64,000 nucleotides of DNA, taken from contig NC_052152.1 of NCBI RefSeq assembly GCF_902713615.1, positions 51,807,810 through 51,871,809 on the forward strand. The letters are read 5' to 3'. The notes below the pieces were generated by a model. That model was not told the origin of the DNA and searched no databases. It saw only the letters and a list, made by a program, of their open reading frames with translations. Numbering within the stretch: the stretch's first letter is position 1; every line of letters starts with the position of its first letter. The stretch is from Scyliorhinus canicula. Its lineage: Eukaryota. Shown piece after piece: positions 61,320 through 64,000 of this stretch. A program made the translations under genes and the position numbers.

Positions 61320-64000
61320 TTTTCCACGGTGGTCAAACAGTCTGGCAACATGATTAAGCACAGACATGTCATTCTGAAAAGCCTTACATCATGCTACATA
61401 GCTTAACAAACTCTTTGGTCAGACAGCCAGGACAACCCGACCTCAGGCAGTGTTGAACATTCAGCATGGCGACTGTGCGGAAAAGCTTTGAAGACACGGA
61501 GCTGGGGTACTGCTCACATAAAGAGCTGGTAAGCAGATGGATCCTTTGTGGTTCAGTTGCAGCGCGTAGTCGGCCAGCATGCCAAGATGACTAGCATCAT
61601 GTTAACACAGTCAGGGCGAGGGCTGAATTGATAGCAAGCCAGCAAGGAAGAGTTCACCACAAAAAAAGTCATAAAAATCAGGTCAGAAAAGATTACAGGT
61701 CGGAAAAGATTAAATGGGCGGACATGCGGAAAAGCGCACAAAAGTGGCTTTAGTGACACTCATCCCAGATATTATAGGAGAAGGAAGGTCAAAGTGATAG
61801 TGTCAGAATGTCCACAAAATTCCACAGTTTGAAATGAGATACAGTTGATTTACAATCGGAATTCAGAATGATTAAATAGCGTACAGAGCTATGGGGCGCG
61901 ATTTAATAAAAAGAAAATCAGAGTCTGTTCTGGGCAGGATTAGTGGGATCATTCCTGGTAGCGCTGGAACGGCCCCGCTACCTAATGGCACTTTGTTACT
62001 ATTTCGACCCCTAGCGAGGAGCGTTCTCTCTCCCCCCCCCCCCCCCCCCCCCCCCCCCCCGAGGCCACACTTAGCATCACTTCTTTCTCTGAGGAGCTCC
62101 GACGAGTGGAGCTCTTCAATGCAGGAAGAGATCATGGCGATCTCCCGACCCTCCCAACATGACCCCCAGTGCCGCAATTCAACAAAAGGGGGTCTTCGGG
62201 CCTCCCCAAACCCCATCCCACACAGGCAGGGCACCCCCAGGCCCGATCTCTAACCCGGGCAAATTGCTACCTGGGCACTGCCAGTCTGGAAATGCCCCTG
62301 CCAGCCTTGCAGTGCCACCTGGACACCCTGGCAATGCCAGTCTGCCTTCCAGTGGCACTAAGGTGCCTGGGTGGCACCAGCAGTGCCAGGGTGCCACCCT
62401 GTCAGAAGCCAACAACCCAGGGGCCTCCGATCTCACAAGGTGATGTGACTGTTGGGAATCCTGGGAGAGACCAGCTGCGTCCCATCCTGATTCCAGTGGG
62501 ACGTGGCCGGTAAACTGCGTCCATGGTTTCTTGATTCAGGTGTGCATGAACCAGACAAGCAAGCCATAAAAATTCACCTAGCAATTGGGAATGAAGGTCT
62601 ACACAGGATGAACACATCAGAATTAACAGTAGAAGAGCTGACGGGTCCCCTAAAGTTAAGGACTACATCGGAAGATTGGTTCAGTATCAGGTTAAACTTC
62701 TGTATTCATTGATTAGAAATCATGTTATTTTAGCAACAACCTAAAGAATCCATAAACTACTACATCAGCAGATGCAGAGAAAATGGTGGCTACTGTGATT
62801 TCTCCAAATGCAGAGATAGCGGACAGAATTGTTGACTTGGCGATCATACTCGCACCCATGGAAGCATTACAGCAAAATCTGCTCAACAAGCCAAAATGTA
62901 TCGCATTTAATAGATACTTAATGATGGGCTAAGTATGAAGTAAGCCTCACAGGTCAACGAAGTTTACTCCTAATTATAAGTACAATTGTCGGTGCATTGA
63001 GGGGAATACCCAAACACATGTGGAAGGTCTAATGTTTTGCATGCACTGTAGAATTGCCCAGCTTTTATTCAATTCTGCAAAGCATGCAGTAGAAAGGGAT
63101 ATTGGCAGAGGCAGTGCACTAGAGCAAAGGCTAATGCAGCTACAAAGAGCCAACCACTGATCCAAACAGACCGTACACAACGGGTACCTTCAAGCATTAA
63201 GAATGACCATCTGGTATCCTGTAAGAAACATATATATGAGGTGACTGACAAGCCCGAAAATTACAATGATGTGCACAATGAGATGAAGAACAGCGAACAT
63301 ATGCTTCACACGGTCAATCTCGTGGGAAATAGATGCTATCCCATCGTCTGAAGTGTTTGCCAAGATTCAAATTATTTGTTCCAAGAAAGTTGGTAACCTT
63401 TTGTCATTGCCAAGATTGACACAGGGGCAAGAGTCAACATACTGCCTCTGTAAATTCTAGAGGACATGTATCCACAGACACGGGAGGCCATGGTGAAAGC
63501 TACCACTGTGAAATTTTCAGTGCACATCAGTTCACAAATTCTATGTGCAGGTTTCCTAGTCCTGGAGTGCAAGTACAATCAATCCTTCTGGGTGTCACTG
63601 AGTGTCTTCATTGTGGAAACTAAAGGCTCGGCGATCGTGGACAACCAGCATATCATGGGCTCACATTAGTAACAATTCATGGAATTAGACGGACGTTGCA
63701 AGGTAGATCTTCAATAACTACTCTTATCATGTTTGTTTATGATCTAACATTACAATATCCAGAATGTTTGCACAAATTGGCAGTTTCATGGAAGCTACAA
63801 CTTAACGCTTGCAGGAGAATACAAGTACATCAACTGATCTAATACAATTAGTACAATGAAAATAGCAGCAGCTACAAGAAGAAACGTTGAAAGATTCTAC
63901 ACTATAAAAACTGTGGAAAACCATCATTGAAGGATGGCCTGATTCAATTCAACATGTCCACAAACACCTGAGTCAATTTTGGCCTGAGCTAACTCTTAAG
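61320..64000 (+). mobile_element. Decayed Gypsy-like retrotransposon (gag, protease, pol fragment), running off the window
   Basis: KQAIKIHLAIGNEGLHRMNTSEL gag-like; KIDTGARVNILPL aspartic-protease DTG motif near 63412; LQEETLKDSTL..LWKTIIEGWP pol segment near 63870. A possible 5' LTR spans 60384-61313, split by a MITE. Confidence 0.75.
61894..62522. mobile_element. Harbinger-type MITE (629 bp) inserted in the Gypsy gag
   Basis: TIR-like GGGCGCGATTTA / TAAACTGCGTCC; TSD ATG; long C run near 62033-62060. Confidence 0.75.

Overview
Repeat-dense vertebrate genomic DNA, almost certainly from an elasmobranch (shark). The V-SINE/HE1-like, Deu-domain SINE, CR1 and GC-rich Harbinger MITE content suggests a catshark-like genome (inference). 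The only host gene I can support is on the minus strand: four consecutive phase-1/phase-1 V-type Ig exons (37405-37812, 35508-35897, 30052-30453, 28166-28567). They splice in frame into domains 2-5 of an EWI-family IGSF3-like protein. Domain 1 and domains 6 onward are not visible, so the flanking introns exceed 26-28 kb or the architecture differs. The rest is mostly transposon debris: dozens of SINEs, CR1/L1/L2 fragments, solo LTRs, two Gypsy-like remnants, a hAT MITE, many Harbinger MITEs, and one decayed two-gene Harbinger element. The most unusual items are four. (1) About 57 copies of a 21-bp, one-heptad unit (MTEAQRD) expanded inside the Harbinger Myb/SANT gene. (2) A perfect 115-bp Penelope-type palindrome carrying a minimal hammerhead-ribozyme-like core. 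(3) Clusters of PBX-MEIS (TALE) motifs in unique sequence, one inside a local duplication. (4) SINEs built from interchangeable heads and tails. All family names come from motif recognition, not from database searches.
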